Positions 18,629 through 29,273 of a stretch of 64,000 nucleotides of DNA are shown in pieces. The stretch's first letter is position 1. Every line of letters begins with the position of its first letter. Both the position numbers and the translations under genes were made by a program. Below the pieces are notes generated by a model, which worked only from the letters and a program-made list of their open reading frames with translations, was not told where the DNA came from and ran no database searches. This stretch comes from an uncultured Acidimicrobiaceae bacterium. GTDB lineage: Bacteria > Actinomycetota > Acidimicrobiia > Spongiisociales > UBA5794. The stretch is taken from the NCBI GenBank assembly GCA_964397045.1, contig CAYNHF010000021.1, positions 17,653-81,652 on the forward strand. The letters are read 5' to 3'.

Positions 18629-19572
18629 CAGGTGTCCACCCGGTCCGGCAAGCGTCCGTAGGAAGCCAGAACCGCCTCGCGGCACGACCGCACCGGTTCG
18701 AATCCCAGTCGTTGCCGCATCTGCGCCGTATCGAGCACCCGCCCGTAGCGGAGGAGCCGGGCAAGATGATCCGGGACGTAGAGATCGAGTCGAGCCAGTG
18801 CGCGCAGGGCAGCATCAAATCCGCGCCTGGGCAGCGGCTGATGAATGCGACCGCCGAGTCGGAGTACCCGCGACAAGTACATTTGGCCTTGACTCGCGAT
18901 ATTGAACGTGCCGGACACCGGGTTGAGTACGGTGTGCTGGAGGGCTGCCACCGCGTCATCTTCGTAGATGAACTGGAGCCGGGGATCGAACCCGAGCTGC
19001 GTAGGCACCACCCGGAGGCGGACGAAGCGGCTGATCGGGTTGCCGACGGTCGGGCCGAGCACACTCGCGAACCGCAGGATCGTGTAGTCCACGTGGCTGT
19101 GGGATTCGGCCACATCCCGCAAGAAACCCTCCATTTCGGTCAGGTCGCGCGAGTAACGGCTCCTGCGGCCTTGGGGCAGCGTGCCTTCCGCGAAGATCGA
19201 GGGGTTCCGCGGCCCCGATCCGTAGACGGTGGCGTCTGACTTCACAATGACGTGCCGGACATCCGGCGAACGACCGATCGCCCCGAAGAGGGCTTGCGCG
19301 CCGACGACGGCTCCCTCATGCGCTCTCCCGCGACCGAGTTCGGCCACCCGATCGACGGTCTGTAGGTGGACGACGGTTTCCGGGCCCACGTCGAGCAGGA
19401 AACGAGCGAATTCAGGGCGATCGAGACTGACTTTGTAGAAGGAAGACGCGAACTCCAGGCTTGGTCGTAGCTCGTCTACCGCCATGACCAGCACATCGTC
19501 GCGCTGCTCGAGCATCTGGATGAGCCGGCTGCCAGTCCACGTCGCAGCCCCGGTCACGAGAATACGCCGCAT
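18628..19572 (-). CDS. extended SDR/NAD-dependent epimerase-family protein (Rv0501-like)
   Basis: RILVTGAATWTG, YTILRFA, DPRLQFIYEDD; stop/start overlap with the acyltransferase. Confidence 0.85.
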   Translation of the reverse strand: MRRILVTGAATWTGSRLIQMLEQRDDVLVMAVDELRPSLEFASSFYKVSLDRPEFARFLLDVGPETVVHLQTVDRVAELGRGRAHEGAVVGAQALFGAIGRSPDVRHVIVKSDATVYGSGPRNPSIFAEGTLPQGRRSRYSRDLTEMEGFLRDVAESHSHVDYTILRFASVLGPTVGNPISRFVRLRVVPTQLGFDPRLQFIYEDDAVAALQHTVLNPVSGTFNIASQGQMYLSRVLRLGGRIHQPLPRRGFDAALRALARLDLYVPDHLARLLRYGRVLDTAQMRQRLGFEPVRSCREAVLASYGRLPDRVDT

Positions 19573-19698
19573 GGAGCGAGCCTACCGTCGAGGCCCTGTG
19601 CCCGGTCCAGGTCGGACACCGCGTCGAGGCGCCTACCATGCCGCACCCGGAGAGGGATCCCCCTGGAAAAGACCACCACAGACAAAGGAGATGAGTCG

Positions 19699-20712
19699 TT
19701 GATCATCGTGATGGCGCAGCAGGCCGACCCGGCCGACGTTGCCCACGTGGTGGAACGGCTCCATGGTATCGGGGCAGAGGCGCATGTGTCCGAGGGCACC
19801 CATCGAACGGTCATCGGTGCCATTGGGGAACGCGAGATGATCCAACAACTGCCGTGGGAGGCCTTCCCGGGTGTCGAGCGCGTGGTTCCGGTCCTCAAGC
19901 CGTTCAAGCTGGTTTCGCGCGATTTCCAGAGTGAGGACACGATCATCGACCTGGCAGGCGTGAAGGTCGGGGGGCGGTCGTTCGTGGCGATTGCCGGCCC
20001 TTGCGCAGTGGAATCACGCGATCAGTTGTTCGCTTCCGCCGAGGCGGTGGCCAAGGCAGGCGCAACCATCTTGCGCGGTGATGCGTTCAAGCCGAGGACG
20101 TCGCCTTATTCCTTCCAGGGTCTCGGAGAAGAGGGATTGATGCTGCTTGCGGAAGCTCGGGAGACCTTCGGGCTGCCGTTCATCGCCGAGGTGGTGGATC
20201 CCCGTGACGTTGAGTTGGTGGCCTCGTACGCGGACATCATCCGGGTCGGAACCCGCAACATGGCCAATTTCACCCTGCTTTCGGAGCTGGGGAAACAGTC
20301 CAAGCCGGTCATGCTCAAGCGGGGGTTCACCGCCACCATCGAGGAATGGCTCAACGCCGCAGAGTATGTGTACAAGGGCGGGAACCATGCCGTGATCCTG
20401 TGTGAACGCGGGATCCGCACCTTCGAGACCGCGACCCGCAACACGTTGGACATCTCGGCCGTGCCGGTCCTGAAGGGGCTTTCCCACTTGCCGGTGATCG
20501 TTGATCCCTCGCACTCCGGGGGGCGGCGCCAGCTGGTTGCGCCGCTCGCCAGGGTTGCCGTGGCAGCCGGGGCGGATGGCTTCATGGTGGATGTGCACAA
20601 CGCACCGGAGAATGCTCTTGTCGACGGTGCCCAGGCCATCCTGCCGGACGAATTCGCCGAACTCATGGACGACGTGCGCGCGCTCGCCGGCGTCATGGGT
20701 CGCGACGTCTAG
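19699..20712 (+). CDS. aroF: 3-deoxy-7-phosphoheptulonate synthase, type I-beta with N-terminal regulatory domain
   Basis: AGPCAVES, FKPRTSPY, GTRNM, LKRG, CERG, DPSH, VDGAQ; RBS AAAGGAG; TTG start. Confidence 0.93.
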   Translation: MIIVMAQQADPADVAHVVERLHGIGAEAHVSEGTHRTVIGAIGEREMIQQLPWEAFPGVERVVPVLKPFKLVSRDFQSEDTIIDLAGVKVGGRSFVAIAGPCAVESRDQLFASAEAVAKAGATILRGDAFKPRTSPYSFQGLGEEGLMLLAEARETFGLPFIAEVVDPRDVELVASYADIIRVGTRNMANFTLLSELGKQSKPVMLKRGFTATIEEWLNAAEYVYKGGNHAVILCERGIRTFETATRNTLDISAVPVLKGLSHLPVIVDPSHSGGRRQLVAPLARVAVAAGADGFMVDVHNAPENALVDGAQAILPDEFAELMDDVRALAGVMGRDV

Positions 20713-20725
20713 CCGTCCCGCCATC

Positions 20726-21751
20726 GTGGAGCTTCACGTCGGGATCCTCGGGACCGGGCTCATCGGCGCATCACTCGGTCAAGGGGTGCGCCAGGCAGGC
20801 GGGCAGGTCCTCGGCTGGGATCCTTCACCGGTGGCCGCTCGTCTTGCGCTCGATGCCGGCGGGCTGGATGCGATTGCGCCGGACGAGACATCCATCTGGG
20901 AAAGCAACCTGGATCTGGTGGTGCTCGCAGGGCCGCCGGGCGCGGTGCTGGCTGCCGTTCGCACGCTGGACGCCGGCACCTTGACGATGGACGTAGCCGG
21001 CGTGAAAGGACCGATCTGTGCCGCCGTGCCGCAAGGTAGACGCTTCATCGGAACCCATCCCATGGCGGGCAGGGAAACCTCCGGCCCCGCCGCCGCCTCT
21101 GCTGCGCTCTTTCGCGGTGCGGCGTGGGTGATTTGTCGCCAGGGTGCGGTCGCAGAAGACCTTCGCACCGTGGAGCAGCTCATCACCTCGCTTGGGGCTC
21201 GACCGGTAACCATGACTCCGGCAGAGCACGACGAGGCCGTGGCCATGGTGAGCCATCTTCCGCAGCTCCTCGCGGCCGTTTTGGTGACTGCGGCCTCCGA
21301 CCACACGTCGGCGCTGGACCTGGCCGCAGGGAGTTTCCGCGACCTCACCAGAGTTGCCGCCTCGGATCCGGGAGCCTGGGCGGAGGTGCTTCACGCCAAT
21401 GCGCCGGCCCTTCGTTCTGTGGTGGCCGACCTCGGGGTGCACCTTTCCCGGGTGGTCGACGCGCTCGACGACGAAGCCGACGAACTGCTCGACTACCTCA
21501 CGGCGGCCCAGACTTCTCGGCGCCAACTCGCGCCACCAGTAGTGGCGGTCCGGGTCGCACTGGCAGACGAGCCTGGGGAGATCGCGAGGGTCGGGCGTGC
21601 GCTGGAGAGCAGCGCGGTGGATCTGCGTGACCTTCAACTCCGCCACGCACCTCACGGCGGTGGCGGTCTCCTCACGTTGTCGGTGCGTCCGGGTGAGGCG
21701 GAACCACTGCGGAGCGCGCTCGAGTCCCAGGGTCTGCTGCTCGCCAACTAA
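20726..21751 (+). CDS. tyrA: prephenate dehydrogenase with C-terminal ACT-like domain
   Basis: GTGLIGASL, GTHPMAGRE, HDEAVAMVSHLPQL, SFRDLTRVAASDP. Confidence 0.88.
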   Translation: MELHVGILGTGLIGASLGQGVRQAGGQVLGWDPSPVAARLALDAGGLDAIAPDETSIWESNLDLVVLAGPPGAVLAAVRTLDAGTLTMDVAGVKGPICAAVPQGRRFIGTHPMAGRETSGPAAASAALFRGAAWVICRQGAVAEDLRTVEQLITSLGARPVTMTPAEHDEAVAMVSHLPQLLAAVLVTAASDHTSALDLAAGSFRDLTRVAASDPGAWAEVLHANAPALRSVVADLGVHLSRVVDALDDEADELLDYLTAAQTSRRQLAPPVVAVRVALADEPGEIARVGRALESSAVDLRDLQLRHAPHGGGGLLTLSVRPGEAEPLRSALESQGLLLAN

Positions 21752-22944
21752 GCAGGTGAGAAGGCCGAGCGCGTCGCGTCCTCGAGGAGTTCGAGGATCG
21801 AAGCGGCCCCGACCAAGATCCCGGCTTCGATGCAGGCTTCGTCTACGTCGAACCGGGAAGAGTGCAGGTCCACTTGCAGATCGGGCAATGCGGCGCCGAG
21901 GCGGATCAGCGATCCGGGAACGTCCGCGAGGAACCAGGCGAAGTCTTCAGATCCGAGACTCTGGTGGGTGTCGACTACGGCAGAGTCACCGAGTTGGGCG
22001 ACCGCTGCCTCGCGCACTGCGGCAGTGATGGCTCCGTTGTTGACGACGGGCGGTGAACCCCGGTGGTAGCCAACCTCGAAGGTAGGGCCGAGCGGAGCGA
22101 GAATGTCGCCGATCGCCTTCTCGACCATCTTGGGCATGGCTCGCCACAGATCCATGTCGAACACCCGCACGGTTCCTTGCAGGTGCGCTGCGGTGGGGAT
22201 CACGTTGGCAACTGCACCAGACTCGATGCTGCCGAAGACCACCGCCAGGGGCTCTCTCGGGTCGATGGTTCGCGCCAGAACCGTAGGTAGCTCCACGGCG
22301 ACTTTGCTGGCTGCGTAGACCAGATCGACGGTTTGATGAGGTCGTGAGGTGTGGCCGCCGGGTCCGTGCAGCGCAACGGTGAATCGGTCGGATGCGCTCG
22401 TGATGCCGCCACTACGAATCCCGACGCGGCCCGGTGCGAGAGTCGGGTCGACGTGGTAGGCGAGAATCGCACTCAGGCCACGATGAACGCCCTCTTCGAC
22501 CAGCGTGGAGGCACCCCCCGGAATGTGCTCTTCGGCCGGCTGGAAGATCACGCGAGCGGTACCGGGTAGCGTGTCCAGAGATGCCAACACGCCTGCGATC
22601 CCCACCGCGATCGCGGTGTGGACATCGTGGCCGCAGCCGTGCATCAATCCGGGTCGCTGCGAGACGTAGGGGCTGGTTCCCTCCTCCTGGATGGCGAGCG
22701 CGTCGAGGTCTGCGCGAAACCCGACCATCGGAGAGCCGGTGCCGATATCAACGTGTACTCCTGTGCCGGCGGACCGTACCTGAGGTTCCAGGCCGAAGCT
22801 GGAGAGCATTTCGCTGACACGAGCGGTGGATTGGAACTCCGACCAGGCGATCTCTGGACGCATATGCAGATCGCGCCGCAGCTGAATCGCGGCCGGAGCG
22901 AACGAAGCTGCGAGCTCAGCAAGCGGCTGAGTGGGCTTGGCCAT
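21748..22944 (-). CDS. M20D amidohydrolase
   Basis: HMRPEIAWSE, RADLDAL, MHGCGHDVH, QPAEE, GGHTSRPH, SEDF. Confidence 0.9.
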   Translation of the reverse strand: MAKPTQPLAELAASFAPAAIQLRRDLHMRPEIAWSEFQSTARVSEMLSSFGLEPQVRSAGTGVHVDIGTGSPMVGFRADLDALAIQEEGTSPYVSQRPGLMHGCGHDVHTAIAVGIAGVLASLDTLPGTARVIFQPAEEHIPGGASTLVEEGVHRGLSAILAYHVDPTLAPGRVGIRSGGITSASDRFTVALHGPGGHTSRPHQTVDLVYAASKVAVELPTVLARTIDPREPLAVVFGSIESGAVANVIPTAAHLQGTVRVFDMDLWRAMPKMVEKAIGDILAPLGPTFEVGYHRGSPPVVNNGAITAAVREAAVAQLGDSAVVDTHQSLGSEDFAWFLADVPGSLIRLGAALPDLQVDLHSSRFDVDEACIEAGILVGAASILELLEDATRSAFSPA

Positions 22945-23088
22945 TCGGCGAGTTTAGCGAGGCGACCACTGTGACACCCGATCGCGCGTGGCGCCGTCGT
23001 GGTGGGTTCCACAGGGTCTGGCAGGCAGCGCAGGGAACGGAGCGAGTAACTTGATTGGTGCAACGGAGGACCACTCGGAAGGACCATC

Positions 23089-24225
23089 GTGGCTGCAGCC
23101 AGACCGGAATTCACGATCGGAATCGAGGAGGAGTACCTCATTGTCGATCGCGAGACGCGGGACCTCGTACGCGACCTGCCGGACGGGCTCATGCATGACT
23201 GTGAGGAGATCATCGGGGGCCAGGTGAGCCCGGAGTTCCTCCGCTCGCAGATCGAAATCGGGACCAAAGTCTGTCCCGACATTGCGGCGGCACGCGAAGA
23301 CCTCGCCAGGCTGCGGCGAGCAGTTGCCGAGGTGACGGGCAACTACGGCTTGGCCCCGATCGCGGTGTCTACGCATCCGTTCGCAGATTGGTCCGAGCAG
23401 CAGCACACCGATCGGGAACGCTACAACGAACTTGCGAGGGCGCTCGGTGGGGTGGTGCGCCGTCTGCTCATCTGCGGCATGCACGTCCACGTCGGCATCG
23501 AAGACGAGGATCTGCGGATCGACCTGATGGGACAGATCACCTACTTCCTTCCGCATCTGTTGGCGCTCAGCGGCTCGTCTCCCTTCTGGCATGGCACCGA
23601 CACCGGGCTCAAGAGTTATCGGACTGCGGTGTTCGCCGCGCTTCCCCGCACCGGGCTGCCCGACGAGTTTCTCGGCTGGTCCGACTACCAGCGGCATGTT
23701 GAGGTGCTCACCGAGGCAGGCGTCATCGAGGACGCCACCAAGCTGTGGTGGGACTTGCGGCCTTCCGGTCGCTACCCGACGCTCGAGATGCGGGTTTCGG
23801 ATGTCTGCACCCGGCTCGACGATGCCATCACCGTTGCCGCGTTGTTCGTCTCGATGCTGTCGATGCTCTACCGACGGCGTCTCGGCAATCAGCGGTGGCG
23901 TACTTATTCACGAATGCTCATCAAGGAGAACATCTGGCGTGCCCAACGCTACGGAGTAGAGGATTCGCTCATTGATTTCGGGAAGGGCCGCCTGGTGCCC
24001 TTCTCCGAATTGACTGATGAGCTGATCGATCTGGTACGCAAAGATGCTGAGATGCTCGGCTGCGTAGCCGACGTCGAGCGAGCGGCGCGAATCGCTCGTG
24101 AGGGGACCAGCGCGGATCGGCAGCGTGAGGTCTTCGGGACGGCGATCGCTGCCGGGGCAGATGAGGCTGAAGCGCTCCTTCTAGTAGTGGATCATCTCAT
24201 CGCGGAGACGGTGGTAGGGGTCTGA
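23089..24225 (+). CDS. glutamate-cysteine ligase family 2 (YbdK-like carboxylate-amine ligase)
   Basis: FTIGIEEEY, GMHVHVG, LALSGSSPFW, WWDLRPS...TLEMRVSD. Confidence 0.9.
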   Translation: MAAARPEFTIGIEEEYLIVDRETRDLVRDLPDGLMHDCEEIIGGQVSPEFLRSQIEIGTKVCPDIAAAREDLARLRRAVAEVTGNYGLAPIAVSTHPFADWSEQQHTDRERYNELARALGGVVRRLLICGMHVHVGIEDEDLRIDLMGQITYFLPHLLALSGSSPFWHGTDTGLKSYRTAVFAALPRTGLPDEFLGWSDYQRHVEVLTEAGVIEDATKLWWDLRPSGRYPTLEMRVSDVCTRLDDAITVAALFVSMLSMLYRRRLGNQRWRTYSRMLIKENIWRAQRYGVEDSLIDFGKGRLVPFSELTDELIDLVRKDAEMLGCVADVERAARIAREGTSADRQREVFGTAIAAGADEAEALLLVVDHLIAETVVGV

Positions 24226-24265
24226 CCCGCCCGCTGCTCCCGCACCGCGTTTAGCCTCTGCCGGG

Positions 24266-25975
24266 ATGAACACACTGCGCGTCGCCGGAGCTCAGCTCAA
24301 TCCTGTGGTTGGAGATATCGAAGCTAACGTTGCTTCGATCGGGGCCGCGATGTCGTGGGCGGAGGGCCAGGAAGCAGACGTGTTGCTGCTCCCGGAGCTC
24401 GCCGTAACCGGATATCCGCCGGAAGACCTCGTACTTCGCAACTCCTTTGTGCAGGCCAGCCTCGACGGCTTGAACGACCTCGCCCGGCTGGCAGATCGCA
24501 CCGTCACGGTTGTCGGTTTCGTGGATCGGGCTGAACCCGAACTCCGCGGCGAGGACGCAGTGGATCGAATTGTGGCCAACGCTGCTGCGGTCTTGCATCG
24601 TGGGGCCGTGATCGGGGTGTACCACAAGGTCCTCCTGCCCAACTACGGAGTATTCGACGAAGCCCGCTATTTCGAGCAGGGGCGCGACGCAGCCATGGTG
24701 TGGGACATGGCAGGGACCTGCGTCGGGATTTCGATCTGCGAGGACATCTGGACCACGGACGGGCCTCCGTCTGCCCAGGCTGCAGCCGGGGCCAGAGTGC
24801 TGCTCAACATCAACGGTTCGCCGTATCACGTCGGCAAATCCGGGGAGCGAACCGCGCTCCTCGGGGCGGCCGCACAGCGGTCGCAAGCGCACGTCGTGTA
24901 TCTCAACATGACGGGCGGTCAGGATGAGCTGGTCTTCGACGGCGAGTCGATGGTATTCGACCCCGCAGGGATGCTTGTGTACCGCGCCGCTCAGTTCTCC
25001 GAGGAGCAGTTCGTGCTGGATCTGCACGTGTCTCCGCATCCGGTTCCGCCGGAAGCCCGGCAGACAGGGGGCACCGCGCGCACCGGTCGAGTGCAGGTAG
25101 CGGCTCCGGTTTCGAGCTTGGTGCTGCCTGCACCCGAGGAGATCTACGAGGCGCTGGTGCTCGGGCTGGGGGACTACGCACGCAAGAACAGATTTGAGCA
25201 GCTCGTCGTCGGCCTCTCCGGGGGGATCGACTCAGCGCTGACATGTGCGATCGCGGTGGATGCGTTGGGTGCAGACGCGGTGTGGGGCGTGTCGATGCCG
25301 ACTCGCTATAGCTCCGTTGGGTCGGTGGAGGATTCGCGGGAGCTCGCGGGAAGGTTGGGCTGTCGCTTCGATGTGCTCGAAATCGAGGAGGTGTTCACGA
25401 CCTACCTCTCCACCGTGGCGCCCTTCTTCCACGACACGACGGAGGGAGTGGCGGAAGAGAACCTGCAGGCCCGAATTCGGGGGGCGGTGCTGATGGCACT
25501 ATCGAACAAGTTCGGCGGCATGGTCGTGGCGACCGGGAACAAGTCGGAGATGGCAGTCGGCTACGCGACGCTGTATGGGGACATGGTCGGGGGATTCTCC
25601 GTACTCAAGGATGTCTTCAAGACCCGGGTGTACGAACTGGCGAGGTGGCGAAACGGGCGCTCGGATGTCATCCCGCAGGCCATCATCAACAAGCCTCCTT
25701 CGGCAGAGCTTCGCCCCGATCAGCTCGATACCGATTCGCTCCCCGACTACGACCTGCTGGACCGGATTCTGAAGCGATATGTCGAGCGTGATGACTCGGT
25801 GGCAGACATCGTCGCGGCTGGCTTGCCCGCCGCAGTGGTACATCAGGTGGCGGCGCTGGTCGACCGCAATGAGTACAAGCGGCGACAAGCCGCCCCCGGC
25901 GTGCGGATCACTAGCAAGGCCTTTGGCAAGGACAGGCGGCTGCCCATCACGAACCGGTTCCGTTCCGATGTCTGA
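24266..25975 (+). CDS. nadE: glutamine-dependent NAD+ synthetase
   Basis: Nitrilase triad (PEL, HKVLLPNY, ICEDIW); SGGIDS, ENLQARIR, TGNKSE, PPSAEL, EYKR. Confidence 0.95.
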   Translation: MNTLRVAGAQLNPVVGDIEANVASIGAAMSWAEGQEADVLLLPELAVTGYPPEDLVLRNSFVQASLDGLNDLARLADRTVTVVGFVDRAEPELRGEDAVDRIVANAAAVLHRGAVIGVYHKVLLPNYGVFDEARYFEQGRDAAMVWDMAGTCVGISICEDIWTTDGPPSAQAAAGARVLLNINGSPYHVGKSGERTALLGAAAQRSQAHVVYLNMTGGQDELVFDGESMVFDPAGMLVYRAAQFSEEQFVLDLHVSPHPVPPEARQTGGTARTGRVQVAAPVSSLVLPAPEEIYEALVLGLGDYARKNRFEQLVVGLSGGIDSALTCAIAVDALGADAVWGVSMPTRYSSVGSVEDSRELAGRLGCRFDVLEIEEVFTTYLSTVAPFFHDTTEGVAEENLQARIRGAVLMALSNKFGGMVVATGNKSEMAVGYATLYGDMVGGFSVLKDVFKTRVYELARWRNGRSDVIPQAIINKPPSAELRPDQLDTDSLPDYDLLDRILKRYVERDDSVADIVAAGLPAAVVHQVAALVDRNEYKRRQAAPGVRITSKAFGKDRRLPITNRFRSDV

Positions 25976-26007
25976 AGCCGGCCCACGACTCCAGTAGTCT
26001 CGCCGTC

Positions 26008-26847
26008 ATGGGTTCGATTGGTGGCGTCCTGATCGATGGCAGCGAGGTGCCGGCAGGGGCAGCTTCCGTCTCGGTTTTCGATATCGGATTTCAACGCGGA
26101 TACGGTTGCTTCGAGGCGATGCGATCGTATGGAGGAACCGTGTTCCGCCTCGAAGAGCACGTGACTCGGCTGCAAAGCAGCGCGGCATTGATGGGTCTGC
26201 CACTGCCGGCTGCAGAAGTGCTCGCAGGCTGGGTGCGAGACCGGGCCCTTCAGGGTGGAGACTGCACCGTTCGAGTGCTGGTCAGTGGCGGTACCGAGCT
26301 GTTGAATCCCGGCTCCGGAACGGTGGTCACCGTGTATGCCGAGCCGCTTCACCCAATCGCGGCCGTGCAACGACTGCTTCCCATGGAGGCACCGTGGCAC
26401 CCGGCGGGCACTGCGAGCCAACTCACCGGGGCAAAGACGTTGTCGTACGGTCCGAATCTGGCGGTGAGCTTGGCGGCACGCCGGGCCGGGTACAACGACG
26501 CGCTCCTGATCGGGCGGGACGACACGGTCCTCGAGGGCCCGACGTACAGCGTCGCATGGGTCACCGGCAACGTGCTCGAAACCCCGGCGTTGAGCCTGGG
26601 CATTCTGGATTCGATCACCCGGCGAGTTCTGCTCGAGCTCGCGCCGGGAGTCGGCCTCCAGATTGCTGAAGGCGTTTACGGGCTGGATCGGGCCCTTGCT
26701 GCAGACGAGGTGCTCGTGCTTTCGACGCTCAAGGAGATTTCCAGGGTTGCCGCCGTTGGCGATCGGGTGTGGGAGTCGACCCGCTGGTCGAGTTTGCTGG
26801 GTGCAGCCTTCGGGGAGCTCGTGGCTGCCGAGACCGGAGCCGATTGA
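26008..26847 (+). CDS. aminotransferase class IV (PabC/IlvE-like)
   Basis: FQRGYGCFE, AKTLSY (PLP Lys), LEGP, ILDSITR, ADEV. Confidence 0.85.
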   Translation: MGSIGGVLIDGSEVPAGAASVSVFDIGFQRGYGCFEAMRSYGGTVFRLEEHVTRLQSSAALMGLPLPAAEVLAGWVRDRALQGGDCTVRVLVSGGTELLNPGSGTVVTVYAEPLHPIAAVQRLLPMEAPWHPAGTASQLTGAKTLSYGPNLAVSLAARRAGYNDALLIGRDDTVLEGPTYSVAWVTGNVLETPALSLGILDSITRRVLLELAPGVGLQIAEGVYGLDRALAADEVLVLSTLKEISRVAAVGDRVWESTRWSSLLGAAFGELVAAETGAD

Positions 26848-26863
26848 CCTGGACTATCTGTCC

Positions 26864-27274
26864 TTGCTGGCGAGGATCGACGAGCTGTACGAGGGCGTGG
26901 TGATGGAGCCCGGCCAATGGGATGACGCGTCGTTGTCCGACTGGCTCGACGGAGCGGCGTTGGGGGGCGACGAGCCTGCGTCCAAGGATCTGGCCCGCGA
27001 GCTGAGGCGGTGCGTTCGGTCCGCACAACGCATGCGCGACTTCTGGTCGCAGGGTGATCAATCACGCCCGGTCGACGCCGGCGACTGGAGAACCCGAGTG
27101 GACGTGGCGATGGGAGCGCGCGCGTGGCGGCCGACGCTGGCCATCGCCCAGCTCGGCCTGCAGGAAACTCCATCTGAGGAGCTCTTTGAGGAGGTGCGCG
27201 ACCGGTTTCGCGTAGTCAACTCGGAGTACTGGATGGATGGCGTCGAGTACTCGGATTGGGTCGGTTCCGTGTGA
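26864..27274 (+). CDS. hypothetical protein (start uncertain)
   Basis: Open frame filling the gap; Trp/acidic-rich (DAGDWRTRVD); TTG start assumed. Confidence 0.6.
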   Translation: MLARIDELYEGVVMEPGQWDDASLSDWLDGAALGGDEPASKDLARELRRCVRSAQRMRDFWSQGDQSRPVDAGDWRTRVDVAMGARAWRPTLAIAQLGLQETPSEELFEEVRDRFRVVNSEYWMDGVEYSDWVGSV

Positions 27275-27310
27275 TCGGCGCTGTGAGCCGTTGCGGGTAC
27301 ACTCGTTCGC

Positions 27311-27829
27311 ATGCTGCGCACCGTCGGTACCCTTGCTCTGGCGGTTGGCATCGTTACCGTGCTGGCCGCTTGCTCTGAGGCAGGCTCGGCGAGCCCCACT
27401 ACCGAACAGACCGCCCTCACGACCCTTCCGCCGGCCACCGAGACGACGACTGCAGCCGTGGAATCCTCCACCACGACAACCAGCGTCAGCGTCGTAGCCG
27501 GCAGCCTTCCCGCGTACGCGGTGGTGGCACGGGTTGAGAACCCGCAGGGAGACACCCTCGTGATACTTCTCGATCCGACCTCCTACACGACGCTGACGGA
27601 CATCGATCTCGAGAACGTCATCCTGGATGTCTACGAACGGTTCCCGCCGGTGCTCGAGATCCACGTCGTCGACAGTCATGCCGCAGCCGAATTGGTGCTC
27701 GACTCCGACGTCGATCCCGAGCTGCTTCCGATTCTCGACGAGCACTATCTGGTGCGCCTGGAAGAGGGTCTCCGGGTCGTCTACCTGGGACCGTTCAGCT
27801 CCTTCGCAGAGTCGATTCTCGGGTCCTGA
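27311..27829 (+). CDS. putative lipoprotein with Thr-rich linker
   Basis: Signal peptide ending LAAC; Thr/Ser-rich spacer; TACACT 7 nt upstream. Confidence 0.75.
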   Translation: MLRTVGTLALAVGIVTVLAACSEAGSASPTTEQTALTTLPPATETTTAAVESSTTTTSVSVVAGSLPAYAVVARVENPQGDTLVILLDPTSYTTLTDIDLENVILDVYERFPPVLEIHVVDSHAAAELVLDSDVDPELLPILDEHYLVRLEEGLRVVYLGPFSSFAESILGS

Positions 27830-27835
27830 CGCGTT

Positions 27836-29215
27836 TCAGAGCAGCAAGGTTGCCGTGATCAGAAACGCAGCGAATCCGACGACGTCGGTGAGCATCGTCA
27901 GGAAGATGTGTGAGGCCAGCGCCGGGTCCTGCCCGAGTCTTCGCAGCACGACCGGGATGCCCGCTCCGGCCAGGCCGGCAACGAAGAAATCCACCATGAC
28001 GGCGATCGCGATGACCCATCCGATCCTGGCGTCACCGGTGAGCAAGAAGCCACCGATGCCCGCGAGCACCGAGATGAAGACCCCGTTGATGAGACCGACT
28101 GCGAGTTCCCTTCGAACTGCTCGCGTGGCTCGACCGCGTGGGAGATCGCCCACTGCCATGGACCGAATGACAACCGCGAGGCTCTGCGCCCCGCTGTTCC
28201 CAGCGACGAGGGCCACGAGCGGCATGTAGGCGATGAGAATGCTGTTGTCGCCGATCAGATCCTCGAACTGGGTGATGAGCAGCGCGATGATCAGTCCGAC
28301 CACGAGGTTCAGGGAGATCCACGGCAGGCGGCGCGACACGGAGACGTGGACCGGCGTGAAGACGGTTTCTTCCGCGCCGGCGCCAACGGTGAGTGCGATG
28401 TCTTCCGTCGCCTCGTCGCGTCCTGCTTCCATCGCCTCGTCGAAGCGAACCACGCCGACCAACGTGCCATCGTCGTCGACGACGGGCACCGCGAGCAGGT
28501 GGAAGCGTTGCACCAGGTCGGCGACGATTTCGCGATCAGTTTCCGTCGTGACGGCAACCGGATCATCGACCATTACCGCGTCGATGGGCGTGCCGGGTCG
28601 AGCAAAGGTCAGGTCGCGGAACGACACGACGCCGGTCAGGCGGCCGGCGTCATCGACCACGTACACGTACGACAGGTTCGACCCGAGTTCGTCGTGGAGT
28701 CTGCGGAGCGCCTCGATGGCTTCACCGGCAGCCATCGCCGTCGGCAAGGTTGCGATCTCGGTCGTCATCAAGCCACCTGCGGTGTCCTTGGGGTACTTCA
28801 GGAGGCTGAGGACGGCGGCCGCGACGGCGGGAGACAGCCGCTCCAGGACCGCCTCACGCTGGTCCTCTTCGAGTGCCTCTAGAAGGTCGGCGGCCTGGTC
28901 GGCTTCCATCTCTTCGATGTAGGCAGCGGCAGCCGCGGCATTCATTTCTTCGACGACGTCGGCTGCGGCTTCCGGACGCATCTCGTTGAGGACCTCGGCA
29001 CCTTCGTCGAGTTCCAGGTCGGCGAGCAGGTCTGCTGCCCCCTCTTCGTCGAGGGCTTCGAGGATGTCGGCCGCATCCGGCGGGTTACTCTCGGCCAGTG
29101 CCTCCCACTCGGTCTGGTGAGCATCCAGGTACTCCTCCGCCTCTTCGGGCTTGCGGCGGGCCAGATCGCGCAGGTTGGTGGCGACCGAGGCGGGACTGGG
29201 GAGTCGAAATCTCAT
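27836..29215 (-). CDS. mgtE: magnesium transporter MgtE
   Basis: Acidic N-domain, CBS pair (TAGGLMT, YVYVVD, VPVVD), GNSGAQS, DPALAS, TDVVG. Confidence 0.93.
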   Translation of the reverse strand: MRFRLPSPASVATNLRDLARRKPEEAEEYLDAHQTEWEALAESNPPDAADILEALDEEGAADLLADLELDEGAEVLNEMRPEAAADVVEEMNAAAAAAYIEEMEADQAADLLEALEEDQREAVLERLSPAVAAAVLSLLKYPKDTAGGLMTTEIATLPTAMAAGEAIEALRRLHDELGSNLSYVYVVDDAGRLTGVVSFRDLTFARPGTPIDAVMVDDPVAVTTETDREIVADLVQRFHLLAVPVVDDDGTLVGVVRFDEAMEAGRDEATEDIALTVGAGAEETVFTPVHVSVSRRLPWISLNLVVGLIIALLITQFEDLIGDNSILIAYMPLVALVAGNSGAQSLAVVIRSMAVGDLPRGRATRAVRRELAVGLINGVFISVLAGIGGFLLTGDARIGWVIAIAVMVDFFVAGLAGAGIPVVLRRLGQDPALASHIFLTMLTDVVGFAAFLITATLLL

Positions 29216-29273
29216 GGACAGCAGCCTATCGCCGGCCCGTGGCAGGTTGTTTGATGCCGGCCGGCCAAAGAGA

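Noticed and set aside
19638-19694. Short ORF MPHPERDPPGKDHHRQRR as an aroF leader peptide
   Set aside because: No aromatic codons and no terminator before aroF
20581-20640. aroF VDVH (Asp where Glu is usual) as a sign of inactivity
   Set aside because: Conservative carboxylate change; all other ligands and KPRT are intact
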